From Lophium mytilinum (lineage: Eukaryota), in NCBI GenBank assembly GCA_010093605.1, contig MU004194.1, positions 534,323 to 598,322 on the forward strand: a stretch of DNA of 64,000 nucleotides. The letters are read 5' to 3'. Below, piece by piece: positions 47,895-62,662 of this stretch; position 1 is the stretch's first letter; each line of letters opens with the position of its first letter. The translations under genes were made by a program, and so were the position numbers. The notes under the pieces are model-generated. The model made no database searches and was not told the origin of the DNA. It saw only the letters and a list, made by a program, of their open reading frames with translations.

Positions 47895-48701
47895 ATGGTT
47901 GCATCACCGCTCCAATCACCGAAACCCAATCTCTTCCGTGCTTTCTTTCAGCGATTCAAGCGGACTGTAGATGGCTCTTCCTTACCGAAGACTTACGACA
48001 GTGGACCTAGATCCAGCAAAAATCGCTACTTTGCTTGTGGCTTCCTTGCGAAAAAAGGAATCGCCTGCGCGATTTGGTTTCAAGATCTTTTAGCTCTCCA
48101 CGGTAGCGATACCATGGTCTTCGATTTACACCTCCTGGTTCACGACCCCGCCAAAGCTGCTGCATTCTTTACCCAAGCTGGATAATCAAGGATACCTGTC
48201 GACTGGATCTTCGAGGACGACCCCGAGTTCAGCGAACGTGGGATCAGACTATCCTCCCCAGATTCCGCGACAGTAGTCTTGCTTCTACCATGCCAAGACT
48301 GGTACTACGATCTAGACGACAGCGTTGAAAATTATCTCCCTGCTCTCCATACGTTCCTAGACTCGATGATTGAGTTCTGGCTCAATATCTCTTCACGCGA
48401 CTATGTCGACAGATTGCGCTTTGCGCTCTGGATTGCGTGTCTGATCGGCTATTGCTACGCTCTTACAGACTCCGATGGTAGCCGTGTCAAAGAGGCATTC
48501 TACGCGGAGCGCCTCAAGATGGAACATCGTGAAGTTCACTATCATATCGTTTCCAGTGAACAGACGGAGGGTTTCACTACGACGAACAGACACCTATACC
48601 ATATGAGGAGGTATCGCGAAATCAAAGAAGGAACATTCATCCCCGTTCCTTACACAAAGGGCGTCCATAAGGCGTCTCTTCCCGCTATACTCGAGCAATG
48701 A
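47895..48701 (+). pseudogene. Conserved-looking fungal hypothetical gene interrupted by one nonsense codon
   Basis: ORFs 47895-48185 and 48279-48701 share a frame, and the linker is open apart from TAA at 48183-48185. Confidence 0.7.
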
Positions 48702-50571
48702 ATCACGTCTCAGAATCAAGCCAAAGGGTTCTCGAACCTTCGTGTCTCGTAGGAAACAGCACGTCGGTGAACACCCGGTCATTTCATGTCTATTCATGGC
48801 TCACCTGCAACCGCCAGCCCTCGCCCTTCGAAACATCTACCATGTTCAAACCGACCATAATCTACCGCGCAAATCCGACCAGTCAAACCAAAAACCCGAG
48901 GCTCAGCTCGCCGTAATCAGCACGTGTCTCGCCCTAACGCAACACCAACACCCAAGAAGTCCCCAACCCAACTCCAAAAACCGTCCGATCTCCACGATGA
49001 AACACACGCTGGAGAAAGTGATTGAGACTGAAGACCCTGGGGCTATGGAGGGGTGGGGGAAAGAGGGAGGCAGAATGGCGGGAGGCGACAATCGCAGAAC
49101 TGAAAGGTCTTGTGATCATCGAGAGTGAACGGGTTTCGGGAACTTACACATTGGAAGATGAAGACCGTGATGGGGCTCTGCGTGTAGGTCATCTATGTAA
49201 CTAGCCTCATGGATACCATCTACTTCCGCACCTCACTTCAAACCGTGGTCATCTTTATGCTATCAACCCAAACCTCTTTTGGGCCTGTGTGCGTCTGCGC
49301 GACATGGTTGCTATGATCAGATACTAGGAAATTGGTTTACAAGGGACTGATGTAACCTACAACACAGCTGCCTTCACTAGACTCGCTCGTATGCTGACTA
49401 TTGTAGGTACAAAGGATTCAAATCCTATAGTTGGCATATACATATAACTCACGGGTCCGTGTTCGTTGGAAATCGTGTCGGTGTGATCCTGTTCGTTATT
49501 ACACTTGAAGTCCTATTCTGCTCAGCCAGTGGGTACGAGCGTTACATCCGGCGCCACTTAAGAATATCACGTCTCCACTTGCCATGAGAATGAGAACATG
49601 GACACGGATGAAACACAAGATGGCCTTTATCGACTCCGCCCGTTCGTCAGCGCCTACATTTACGATGACAGCCGTCAACAAGGAGTTCCGCACTGCTTCA
49701 CATGATGCGGGATTGCGTGCTTCGTCCTCATTTTGGTAGCGTAGGGTACAATACCACATGCATCTTCTTGGATCTCCTCTGGCTTTCATCTCCATTTCAA
49801 AGGCGGTGGATAACTCGTAAACAGTGCAGGATCCGCCCGTTCTCTTGATATGAATTTACTGTGACGGCCAGGTAAGACCAAGTAACCACGGTCTGCTGCC
49901 TATAAAGCTGTAGAGCTATCGGTATACCCACATGCGCGTGTCCACAGGTTTTGATGATCTATCTGGCAGTTGCAGTCCACAATGCCGGAATGCCGTACAA
50001 TATCAATAGCTGCTGCGGACCTAGACTATTTACCAGCTGAGTTTTCACATACTAGGCTTGATATGCCGGAGGTGAATGTCTGGATGGCGGCGTGCTGCGA
50101 ACTATCGGCTCGCTGCAGGGCGAAAAAGCATCGAAAATTTTGCCTGCCCAAAGCTCCCCTCGCCGTTCAGCCTCTGCGGCCCCTTATTGGTCGACCAGGC
50201 GTCACGAGTCAGACAGCTCTGATAGCAACCTTGCGGCTATCACGGTCTCCCCGCCCTCGAGCATCTGCAGCGTATATAGAGAGCGCAGAGCCCCCAACAT
50301 CGTCATTGTCTGCCATTGGTGCTGCAAAGTGTGCTCCTCGGACCTGCATTTCTCCCCATTTCCAACTAGCTCTACCCCTCTCGCACCGTTTTCTCGCTGC
50401 ACGTGTCCGCCGGCTCCAAAAATCCGGGGAAGCTCGCCTGCGTCACCCATTCGCTGTTGCACCGCATCGCAGAGCTATTACGTGCTACTCCCCAGCGGCC
50501 GACTCTGAAGCCCGCCACTGCTGCCGCCTGCCCCCCGAGTATCTATATCTAGTTGCGGGGTCGCCACAGCT

Positions 50572-52677
<2,106 letters not shown>

Positions 52678-53220
52678 AAGGAAACGAGATGTGGGTAAAG
52701 TGCATCTGCGGCGGAAAATTGAGAAAGGCTAGACGGACGATGTGATGATGACTCTCATTAGAGTGGTGTTTAGGGAGTTTTGCGGTATGCATGATACCTT
52801 GGCGAATTTTCGGTATAATCAAGAGGGTTTTGCATGTTGGTGGGATTTTGATTTCCTCACATTGATAAAGTCTGGATGGAGATGTGGATGGTATGGGTGG
52901 AATGCAGGAGATTTTCTTGTACATATATGTACATCTGACTCACAAAAGACAAGTAGATTTACCCGCTCGACACGCGCCTTCTTAACGCTGCAGGCGAAGA
53001 TTCAATCTCTTTGTTGAGCGATGCTCTTGATTGTCTATGATATTTACAAGAAACTCTACCAGCCGCTCGTAGTTTGCGCGCCTGTGCCACGACTCCGCTT
53101 AGTGACATATACTTGTTGATTCTGTTGTCTTTTGCCCTCCGCTTTGATATAGTACAGCTCTATTTTACAGCATTACTCCAACCCCACGCTTACGCCCTTA
53201 ACTTTCCACTACCATTATAT

Positions 53221-54242
53221 TCATAGCCCCAACGGCGTCAGGATCTTTTCCCTCACAACCCGCTCCGCAATATGCCCCCCCTTCTCCAGCGCCACCGCTC
53301 CAACAATAGCGTATAAACTTGTCGTGAGGACGACTTCAACGCCGGAGCCGTGGAGGTTGTCTGTCTAAATCGCCATAAAATGTCAGCCCAGATCTTCTTC
53401 AAATAAATCAACAGCCCCCTAACCCACAACCTCCGGAAATAATACGAGGGTATGTATGGAGAAAACACACCTTCTTCGGCTTCCACCGCGTCACCGTATC
53501 CAGCCCATACCGCTCCGCCAGCTGCGCCAAGCGCGTCTTGCTCAGCACTTCCGCCTTCGCATCCGCCGTCAGTGACGCGAGGCCCGCGAGCGCCGGGTGG
53601 GCTACGGGGAGGCGGTCGTAGGCGTCGGGCGTCGGAGGGTCGTTGGCGGCCCCCGGCGGCGCGGAGTTGAGCAGCGCGAGGGAGGTTTGGAGAGAGATGA
53701 CTCTGCGACCTGTATGCACACATCCTTATCAGCACATATTCCATCCAACCGAATCCACCCTCCAAAGGCGAAAACCTCCAGCCAACCACCCTGAACCCGT
53801 CTCATCCTAACTCCCCCCCCAATCCAATATAAAAAACGGCAAACCTACCCAACACAGCCAACCGATCATTAAACCCCCGCCTCCCATGATCAAAGCTCTT
53901 ATGCGTCACCGCCAGCCACTTCACCTCCTCGCTGAGATACTTATCCCCGTCTTTCCCCAGCAGCTTGACGTAGACGTTGTCGAGTCGCCGCGGATCCGTG
54001 TTGACGACGTACTCGGGCCCCTCGGGCCTCGGGCGTGTGCGGAAGGGCGCAACCATGCGCGCGGGCGTTTGTTGCCAGCGTGGGCGCGGCGCGGCGGCGG
54101 TGTCGTGGTGGGCGAGTGGCAGGGTGGTGGTGGTTGTGAAGGGGGCGGTTTGGAGGCGGGTTTGAGGGGGTGGTATTGAGTGGTTGTGTGGGCGGGAGGG
54201 GGCGAGGCGCGCGAGGGTGGTTATGGGGCGTTTGGATGCCAT
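53221..54242 (-). CDS. MRPL15: Mitochondrial ribosomal protein mL57 (RNase III-like)
   Basis: Exons 54242-53849, 53709-53471, 53364-53221 give KWLAVTHKSFDHGRRGFNDRLAVLGRR and SLYAIVGAVALEKGG, with a basic presequence. Confidence 0.9.
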
Positions 54243-54761
54243 TGGGGGTGGTGATGGGGGAGGTGTTGGCTGTGGTTTGAGGTTGGAGAAGTTCGAGGTG
54301 CGAGGGCGCTAGAGGGGATTGGGGATGGTGAGGTTTGGAGATGTTTTGCGGAAGGGAACTTGATGGTGTGCAAACAATTGACAGGATTAAGATAGTAGTA
54401 GTTTTTTTGATGCTCGTGAGACAGACTTCCTTTAGAGTGTGTGATGGATTGTGAAGAGCAGTTGGACGACGGTTTCTGCAGCAGAGTGTGTGTACCGTTT
54501 CCTCACCGAATACATCCATAGGTCGCAACTGATGATAGGTACATCTTGGTTAGGAAGTAACGTACATGATCTTGTACTCGAAAATCGTCCAATTAAATTA
54601 CACTGTAATACATCCAAAGCTTCCCTCGAGTCGACTATCCCGGGACTGGTCATCCATCCAAAAGCGACCTCGGCATCTCGTCCTCCCCGCGTCGACCACC
54701 TCAACTACCACCACCGAGATGTGCCACCCACAGCTGATAGACCCGTCGCCGCTAGCTGACT

Positions 54762-56185
54762 ATGTCAGCGCGCAACCTTCCTCAGACACTTCTTCATACC
54801 TCCATTGGCCGCCCCAGGGTTTTGGTTCCATACAAGTTCCTTTCTTTGCGATTGAACCCGTCTGAAGTCCGCACTTACATCTCACTTCTTCCCCCACATA
54901 CACGCGGCGCTGTCGCATTCAAGAACTGTCCACAGAGAAGATTCCACACATATCAAAGAGCCATGAGCCGCCCAGAAGACCACCAGCCGCTAAAGAATCC
55001 GCCCAAAGTGCCCCGCGCTCCAATACCAAGTTCGAGGTAGAAAGCCTCATTTCCGGCACAAAAGCCTCTTCTTCTGACATTGAGCCCACGCAGCGTCTTA
55101 GTCGTCTCCCCTTCCAACCAGATCCTGCTCCTCCACCGCGTTAGGACTTCGTCTGCCTTTCCATCCGCACACGTCTTTCCCGGCGGAGCTCTGTCTGCCG
55201 AGCATGATGGAGAGATACCCGCCGTGGACTCGTTAGCGCGACACGAAGACGGCAGAGCGTATAGGCTTTCGGCTATAAGAGAGACGTTTGAGGAGAGTGG
55301 CATTCTGCTCGCGAAGAACAAGACGACGGGGCGGCTGTTCACTGAAATCGGTGACAAGGAGAGAGAAGAGGGGAGAAAGGCTGTACACGGAGGTAAGGTC
55401 ATGTTCTTGGACTGGTTAGAAAAAGTAGGAGCAGCCCCCGACACAGGTAAGCCCTTGAACTCCTCACCATACTACATACACTCCCAACTCTGACCCCTCC
55501 AGACGCCCTGATCCCCCTAACCCGCTGGATCACCCCCAACAACGTCCCCAAACGCTTCACCACCCAAATGTACCTCTACTTCCTCCCCCTCCCCTCGTCA
55601 CCTTCTTCTTCACCCTCCTCCCCTCTCCCCCCATCTACCACCGCCGCCCCACACAACCTCCTCGACCCCGACGAAACCATCATCCCCACCCCAACCCACG
55701 ACGGCGGCATCGAACACACCGCCGCGCGCTTCCTCCCCGCCGCCAAATGGCTCGCCCTCGCCCGCGCCGCCCGCATCCTCCTCTTTCCCCCGCAGTTCTT
55801 CCTCCTCCACCTCCTCGCCCCTTACCTCGCGCGCAGCAGCACATCGCCGACATCCCCGCTCCCGCCGCCCGCGGAGCTGCAGGCGGAGCGGGACGCGCTG
55901 CTCGCGTTTCTGCGCACGCCGGCGACGAATGACGGTGAGGTGGAGGCGAGCTGGGCGGAGGCGGTGATTAGCCCGCGACCGTTGGGGGTTGCGGGGTATG
56001 GGGATGTGGGGAAGGGGGTGACGGTGCTGGGGTTGGAGCACCCGGGGCCGGAGTTGGAGGCGCAAGGGAGGGGGCGGAGGGGGGTGAAGGGGTTGGTGGT
56101 TGTGGCGAGGTTTCAGAAGGAGGGGCCAAGGGAGGTGGAGGTTTTGAGGCGGGAGGAGGTGTTGGGGAAGGGAGTGAAGTTGTAG
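54762..56185 (+). CDS. Nudix hydrolase, NUDT19-like acyl-CoA diphosphatase (alternative start 54963)
   Basis: Introns 55037-55093 and 55447-55502. Motifs FPSAHVFPGG, AIRETFEESGILL, RWITP..RFTTQMY and LFPPQFFLL. Confidence 0.88.
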
Positions 56186-58237
56186 GGATGTGAAGGGGGA
56201 GTGGAATGGGTGGAATACAGGGACTGCGGTGGGGGCTTAAGGGATGGATTGATTTGAGCTTGTAGAATAACCAGAAACAAGAACATGTTTATTAGATCCA
56301 GGAGTGCTTGGTTCGGATGGCTAGCCACTGCCGTTGTGCTTTTCAACGAGAAACAGACACCTTTGACGTTAGCGCGAAATACAATGTCTGAATGATGGAA
56401 TCTCGATTCCGTCTGGAAACTGTGATCCTTTTGCAAGAGGCCCAAATCGCGATGTCTGGAAAGAAGTGGATATCCTCGGATGACTCAACACATCGAAACC
56501 TCTTGTAGGTTCTCTTTACTTAACACTTATTCCTCATGCCAAGCCTAACGGGGATATTGGTAGGTGCTCTGTTGGTGTCCCTAGGCGGATAAAAGGGTGA
56601 CACGATTGGAATCGAGTTACTATGCGATGCGGATAACAGTGACGGATAACATGGTCCGCGAGCTTGATCCTGTCCCGGGAATGCTGGTTAAGATGGCGAA
56701 TGAGAAACAAAAGACGAATGCGGCAAGAAAGTGTTGCCATAGTGCAACGAGTTTGGCTGTGTGGTCCTCCTTGAATCGGAACGGTTAGACAATTGATTCG
56801 GAGGCGCGCTCTGATCCAACGGGGGATATCGACCGTAGCCGGCCATTTCCACTAGCTTCGCCGGCTGGCTTCTTAAGCAACAATGATTGATAGTGGTAAG
56901 TGCAAGTTGCAAAACATTCTGACCAGGAACGATACGAGTGAGACGGTGATAAAATGAAGTCTCCGGATCATTGGAGCTAATAATATATACACACTGCTCT
57001 GAGGTTGATTAGAGCACGGACTGCCGTCTTGCGCTGCGAAATATGCTGTGTTGGCATTAGGTGATGTTCAACATCATGGGGTCCTGCAGCTCTACGAGCG
57101 TGGGCAGCTCGTTTGATTCGACAGCTTGGAGAGCTCATTATGCATCCAATAAGTAGAGAGAGCAAACTTCGAGAGACTTTGAGATAATCGAGAACTTGAG
57201 AGGTACTTCAGAGCTATCTGTGGCTGAGGACATCTGGAATAGTGAGGCTGCAACTGTTAACTCAGCTCGTGGAGTTCAGATGCTTCGCCTGTCCACGTAC
57301 ATGGGCGGCCTAGGGCTACTATGGCGTCCAATACGCGTTAAACCAGGTCGGGCCTGAAGCGCTTATCACTCAGGAGGTCCATATTACATGCCTCAGATGG
57401 CTAACGAAGACATGTTGTTTCATTGTAGGTACTTTAGCGAGTAGTATGATGTCGTGGATAGGTCGCCCTGAGAGCACGTACTGGTAGATACCTCCTTGTT
57501 AATTCCGACGGTTACGCCAATACGAGCGCCAACGACCCCAAGGAGCGCCAACGAGCTGTCACGGCACCAAGTTGGAGGAGGATAGACCTTGCGAAATTGC
57601 GAACAATTGACCCAGTACGAAAGGGGGGAGGAGCCCAAACGGGCTATACTAGTGCTAAGTCGGGCTTTGGAGCTGGCCGCATGTAAGGTCGTAAATAGCC
57701 AATCGGATTGGGCCGTCGTAAAACACGCTAAGCCGGAAGAGAGAAACGGGCCTAAACCTAAGGGGGAGTTACCTCGAACCACTTTACAGTCGAAAAGTTC
57801 TCGAGGCTTAGCACGCCTTCCGCAAAGGGCAAAGGTTTCATAACTACAGCCGACACGTCATAGCTCTCGCGATGGTAGATACCTAATGAAAAACACTTCA
57901 TATCGTTGGGGTGGAGACAAGGTGTCGTGGGTGGTCGACGAGAGGTGGAAGATTCGGGCCGATCTTGTCCCCGACGCAGCAACGACAACACATCAAACGC
58001 ACCCTTGCACTACGTATCTTCATGTAAACTCCTCAAAAATTCCAAAAGTTATCTGAAATCTGTTCTTTGATGCGCATTTTCCAGAAAGAGCAATGGCCAG
58101 GCAGCAGCCCTTGGACAGCGGCATCCCCTGATCCCCAAGGCTGAAAGCTGCGCCTCACCAACATGTCGATTAGTACTTAAGCATTCGTCTCTCCCTTAGT
58201 CCTGTTATTCAGTTTCGCATTTGTCAACTCGATCGCC

Positions 58238-59845
58238 ATGGCTCCAAGGACAAGGAGTAAGACGGCCAAGATCACGCAAAATAGTGAGCAGGCCTCATCA
58301 TCATCCACTCAATTTTCTATACCTTCGGGGGAGTCAAGGTCGGCGTCCACAAGGCGGAAAAGACCGTCAAATCAGGCATCAAATTCAATCAAGGATTCAA
58401 TTGTCTCCGATGCTCCTCGTGTCGATGAGCAAACCTCGATGCACAGCCAAGAGTCCATCTCAACCGATCCACCAGGTTTCTCGGGGCGGAGAGGACAGAC
58501 AAGGACAAGCCACGCCTCGAGCGATCTCCCTGGATATACCGAAAGGCCTCCAATATACACCATCGATCTTTCCCTACCACCTCAGCAGCGCTACGCGCAG
58601 GTCGCTAACGACTATAAGGCGGTAGTCAGCGGCCTTGGATCGCTCTTCGAGGATGTAATCAAGCAAACCGATATCCCTGTAGCCATAGTGAAGACGATTG
58701 CACGCTTATTTCTGTGGCGTTTGTACAGCAAAGAGCAAACAGAAGAAATCCGCGGAATCAGTAAAATCGTTGGAGTTGACATGTACCTGCTGGTTGCATA
58801 CAACACACTCCTCGATTGTTTTATGGGCTGTACGAGCGGTGGTGTGCAAGTGAAAGACGGCGATGAGATCAAGATGCTGCACTTTCGAACTCTGGACTGG
58901 GCTATGGAAGAGCTACGGAAAGTCGTCGTACAACTCGAATTCGTCGAGCATCCAGGGGGAGAGGTGATTGCGCGTAGCATCACGTATGTAGGTTTTGTGG
59001 GTATACTGACTGGCGTCCGGTACGTAAAACGCCGAATATATCACTTCAAGCAATTACTGAGACCCCAATACAGCCAAAACCTCAGTGTCTCCCTAAACTT
59101 CCGCCCCTACCACAACAACGACAACTCCAAACTCGCCAACCTGAAATTCTACACGCATCTCGCACTCATGCTCCTCGGGTTCCGTCCCTCCATCGCCTCC
59201 CACTTACGGGACCTAATCCTCCCAAAGCGCCCCGCATCATCTTCCAAACCCCCTTCCAACATCAAGTCTGAGAAATCCATAGCTGCCCAAACCCCCCTCC
59301 CCTCGCTCGCCACCGTCCTATCCACTCTCCCCTCCACCCCCACCACATCCGCCTACCTCATCCTCTCCGACGGCACTACTACCGCCGTCATGGAAAAAGA
59401 CCGCGTCACCGGCACAACCCGCACATCCACCTCCTTCATCACCGCCACTAACCACGACGCCGCCTACGAAGGCGTGCCTGGCACGCACGTTGCGCACGCC
59501 AAGCACAGCGCCGTCGGGATGCAAGGGCTCGTTGACGAGAGCCTGGACCGCAAGGGCTGTGTAGTCGCGAGCTGGAAGAGCGCGGTGCGCCAGTATCGGC
59601 AGCAGCGCGGGAAGCGGAGAGCGCCGGAGGACGAGGTGTGGATTACGAAGGAGCAGTTGGTGGAGATGGTGACGGATTACCCGGTTACAAATGAGTGCAC
59701 GCATTATGCGGCGGTTTTGGATCCAAGGCGAGGGGAGGTGGCGTGGGCGAGGTGTTGGGAGACGACGGCGGTGCCGGTGTATGAGAGTAGTGGGGCGGGG
59801 TCGATGGTGGATGGGAGTGATGGGGAGGGGGGTGGGAGGGGGTGA
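58238..59845 (+). CDS. N-acylethanolamine acid amidase / acid ceramidase-like Ntn hydrolase
   Basis: YTIDLSLPPQQRY, nucleophile motif MGCTSGG, HFRTLDW and TYVGFVGILTGVR. Intron 59020-59073. Confidence 0.88.
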   Translation: MAPRTRSKTAKITQNSEQASSSSTQFSIPSGESRSASTRRKRPSNQASNSIKDSIVSDAPRVDEQTSMHSQESISTDPPGFSGRRGQTRTSHASSDLPGYTERPPIYTIDLSLPPQQRYAQVANDYKAVVSGLGSLFEDVIKQTDIPVAIVKTIARLFLWRLYSKEQTEEIRGISKIVGVDMYLLVAYNTLLDCFMGCTSGGVQVKDGDEIKMLHFRTLDWAMEELRKVVVQLEFVEHPGGEVIARSITYVGFVGILTGVRYVKRRIYHFKQLLRPQYSQNLSVSLNFRPYHNNDNSKLANLKFYTHLALMLLGFRPSIASHLRDLILPKRPASSSKPPSNIKSEKSIAAQTPLPSLATVLSTLPSTPTTSAYLILSDGTTTAVMEKDRVTGTTRTSTSFITATNHDAAYEGVPGTHVAHAKHSAVGMQGLVDESLDRKGCVVASWKSAVRQYRQQRGKRRAPEDEVWITKEQLVEMVTDYPVTNECTHYAAVLDPRRGEVAWARCWETTAVPVYESSGAGSMVDGSDGEGGGRG

Positions 59846-60389
59846 GATTCAGGGGTGATGTTATGGTAAGGGCTAGCTACGGGGCGCTGGGCATTATCTG
59901 TGAGTTGGATTCTTCGGTGGACTGAGGGCCCTTTGGCACAATGCTAGGATATAAATTTCATTCCACCCTTCTCATACCGCTTTCCGTGTTTGAAGGACTC
60001 TCCGCCGTTCAAAGCGTACTTGAAAGCATCCTGGTGACGGGCCTGAAACCTTTCTAAGCTACCTTAGGCGGTAGTAAAGAGGTTACTCAGCTCGTACCTG
60101 TGGCTCGTTGCTCTATATTTGTAATATCAAAATGACACCTTACAAGTGGTTCCAGGGAAATATAAAGCAACATATATCCTAGCGCTATTAATACGGAATC
60201 AAGAATGTGCACAACAAAAGATTTCATAACCCGACGAAGGTGCAAAGCCTGCGACTTCGAACAATCGCTCAGTATTGACGTTCGAGAATGAAAGTAGGTA
60301 CAACAAGAACGTATATACTTATCTCCTTCCCAATCGTCTCTCCCTCTCAACCAGCCCACCAAACCTAACCCCGTCGTCTCACTCTCCGC

Positions 60390-60818
60390 CTAAACAGCAG
60401 AGCAAACAAGCCCATCCGCACCCTACCCTCTCATCAGCTCTCCAATCCCACCGCGATATCAACCACCCAAGAAAATAACTCACCGCAACAAGGGCGCAGC
60501 ACTCGGCCGACAGGCCCTCAGCAGCACAAGCGTTCTTGAACTCCGCAACAGTGGCGACATCGCCGGCTGTATCACGAGAAAAGCGTTAGTAAGGAAAGCC
60601 TACTAAGGGAGGCGAGGCGAGCGGAGCAACTTACGGCTCTGACAGTTCAAGTCCGCGACGCCCTCGACGTCGAGCTGGCAGCAGACGGGGGACGTGTCGC
60701 CACCGCAGACATCGCGCTTGGTGAGCTCACCGCCGACGAGGTTGGCGGGGTGGCGGGGTGTGACAGCGGCTGCGGAGGCGAGGGAGAGGGCGGAGGAGAG
60801 GATGAGGAGGAAGCGCAT
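60390..60818 (-). CDS. Class II hydrophobin (99 aa)
   Basis: Exons 60818-60635, 60566-60484, 60422-60390. Signal peptide plus 8-Cys spacing C-7-CC-11-C-15-C-8-CC-10-C. Confidence 0.9.
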
Positions 60819-62662
60819 TTGGGCTGATTGCAGGGGGGAGGGCTTGATCGTGGTTTTATGGAGTGAAGGTCGTGGCTGAAAGATTGGAGAGTGTTGAAGA
60901 GGATGTGATGAATGAGCTGGATGAGGTATTGCTTGATACTGAGGGGGTTTATATACATTGCCAATGTCTGTCCTGAATATACCTCGACATGTGAGGAAGG
61001 GGTATTTGGAAAGCTTTGTGGACAGGGAGAACTCCTCCACGCCCCGAAGACATAGCATCAACACTATCCCACGACGACAAATGCTGATCGTCGTGATAGA
61101 AAGGCGCTTGTGTCGCGCAAGCAGCATCACGGGTGGGAGGATGGTCGATTTCTGGTTCGGAAAGCAACTTTGCCAAGACAAGTACTACTTCCCTTGCCCC
61201 ATCATCAGTTTGCCGGAATGCTCGGAACGCAGATACCCCCCAAGTGCCTCTTCAATGCCACATAGCTCCACTCACGATCCATGAAACCCAAGATAAATCA
61301 CATCGCTGGAAGCGCGTATCGGATGCTGGGGTGACCGAGTTGGGACGCGGCTCGATCGGTTATGGGCCGATCTGGGATCGACGCCTAAAGCGCGGGTGGC
61401 TGTGGGTAAGCGTGCGGCGGTCGTGCATGGGGGTTGAAAAGAGGCCGACGGCGTTGAGGGGGTCCCCATTGGATCGTGGCCGTTGATAAGGAGTCTTGGC
61501 TTCGAATCATGCTCACTTAGATCTTTCTTAGATATGCTTCGACCTCATAGCTTCTTGGGGTGGAAAACTAACCCATCAGGGTTTGCATGAAAGCATGAGA
61601 AGAACAAGTAGCCGGGATCACTTGGGTACATTGACATTCTTGTCTACTACATTTCACTGCTGAACATAGAGAAGAGAACGCGCGACTCGAATATCGAACG
61701 GATTGTGGAGACGCACAGATAGTAATTCGAGCTCAAACGAATAAGAGGCGTAAAGGTAAACTTACGCTTGATGACGACAGCTTAAGGCGTCATTGCTCGG
61801 CTCATGCGAATGTCCGAAGTCCGTATATATGGTTGTTAGGAGCATGACTGATGCAGGGCCGTGGGGTGTTTCATCAAGTCTCGCCGTGGAGTTGTTCAGC
61901 GAGAAGGGGAACCGCTGTCCCACCTGGCACTCTAACGAATCCCACGTGAGTGGGTCTGCGATCTGCGTCGTCAATAGTCAGGAAGAGCCGCACGGAAAAC
62001 AAGACTTGGGACTCATCGTCATATTGTACCAAGTCCATGGATTGAAAAGTCGAGATAAGATCGGTGAGGCGACGGACGTTCATACTGGCCTCGGCCGGGG
62101 ACAGGAGGTGCCAAGAGGTATAGTCTGAGTTGCTAGATGGAAGCCGAGAAAATGCGGCGATGCTACACGGACTAAGCAAGAATGTTCTCCATCGAAGCAA
62201 AACGTCATCGGGTTGAAGAGATGACAAGCCTGCGGACGCATATGGTGGTCCTGAGGTCAGCGTGAAAGCAATGGGAAACGGAAATATATGTATCAGGCAA
62301 ATCACGATATTCGCAATAGTCCCTCGCAATGACGTGTACTGCTACTCTTATCCCAGAGCGTGAAAGATGTTCGTGCCTTCCACCTCGACTGTGAGAGTGG
62401 TAGAAGGGAGCACTATGAAGTCGTCGAAGTGCTTACTAGGCCCGAGGAAATGTAGTCAACAAGATACCATAATCGGGAGACAGCCTAGACTACCGCTTTC
62501 GAAGAAATTCTAGCAAGCCATTGATCATATTCATGTTTCCAAACTAACGACACCTTCCATGAGGGGATATCCGCGCCGGCCAAGTCACCCGTCCCAGTGA
62601 CACACACAAGTTGCGTAAACGTTTTTTGCACCCTATCGATAAACGCCAGCCAGTATACACCT

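Noticed and set aside
49390..49430. GGATTCAAATCC as a tRNA T-arm
   Set aside because: Lacks the conserved G before TTC, and no acceptor, D or anticodon arms were found.
61874..62329. 151-aa minus-strand ORF
   Set aside because: TTG start, no recognisable motif or splice structure.
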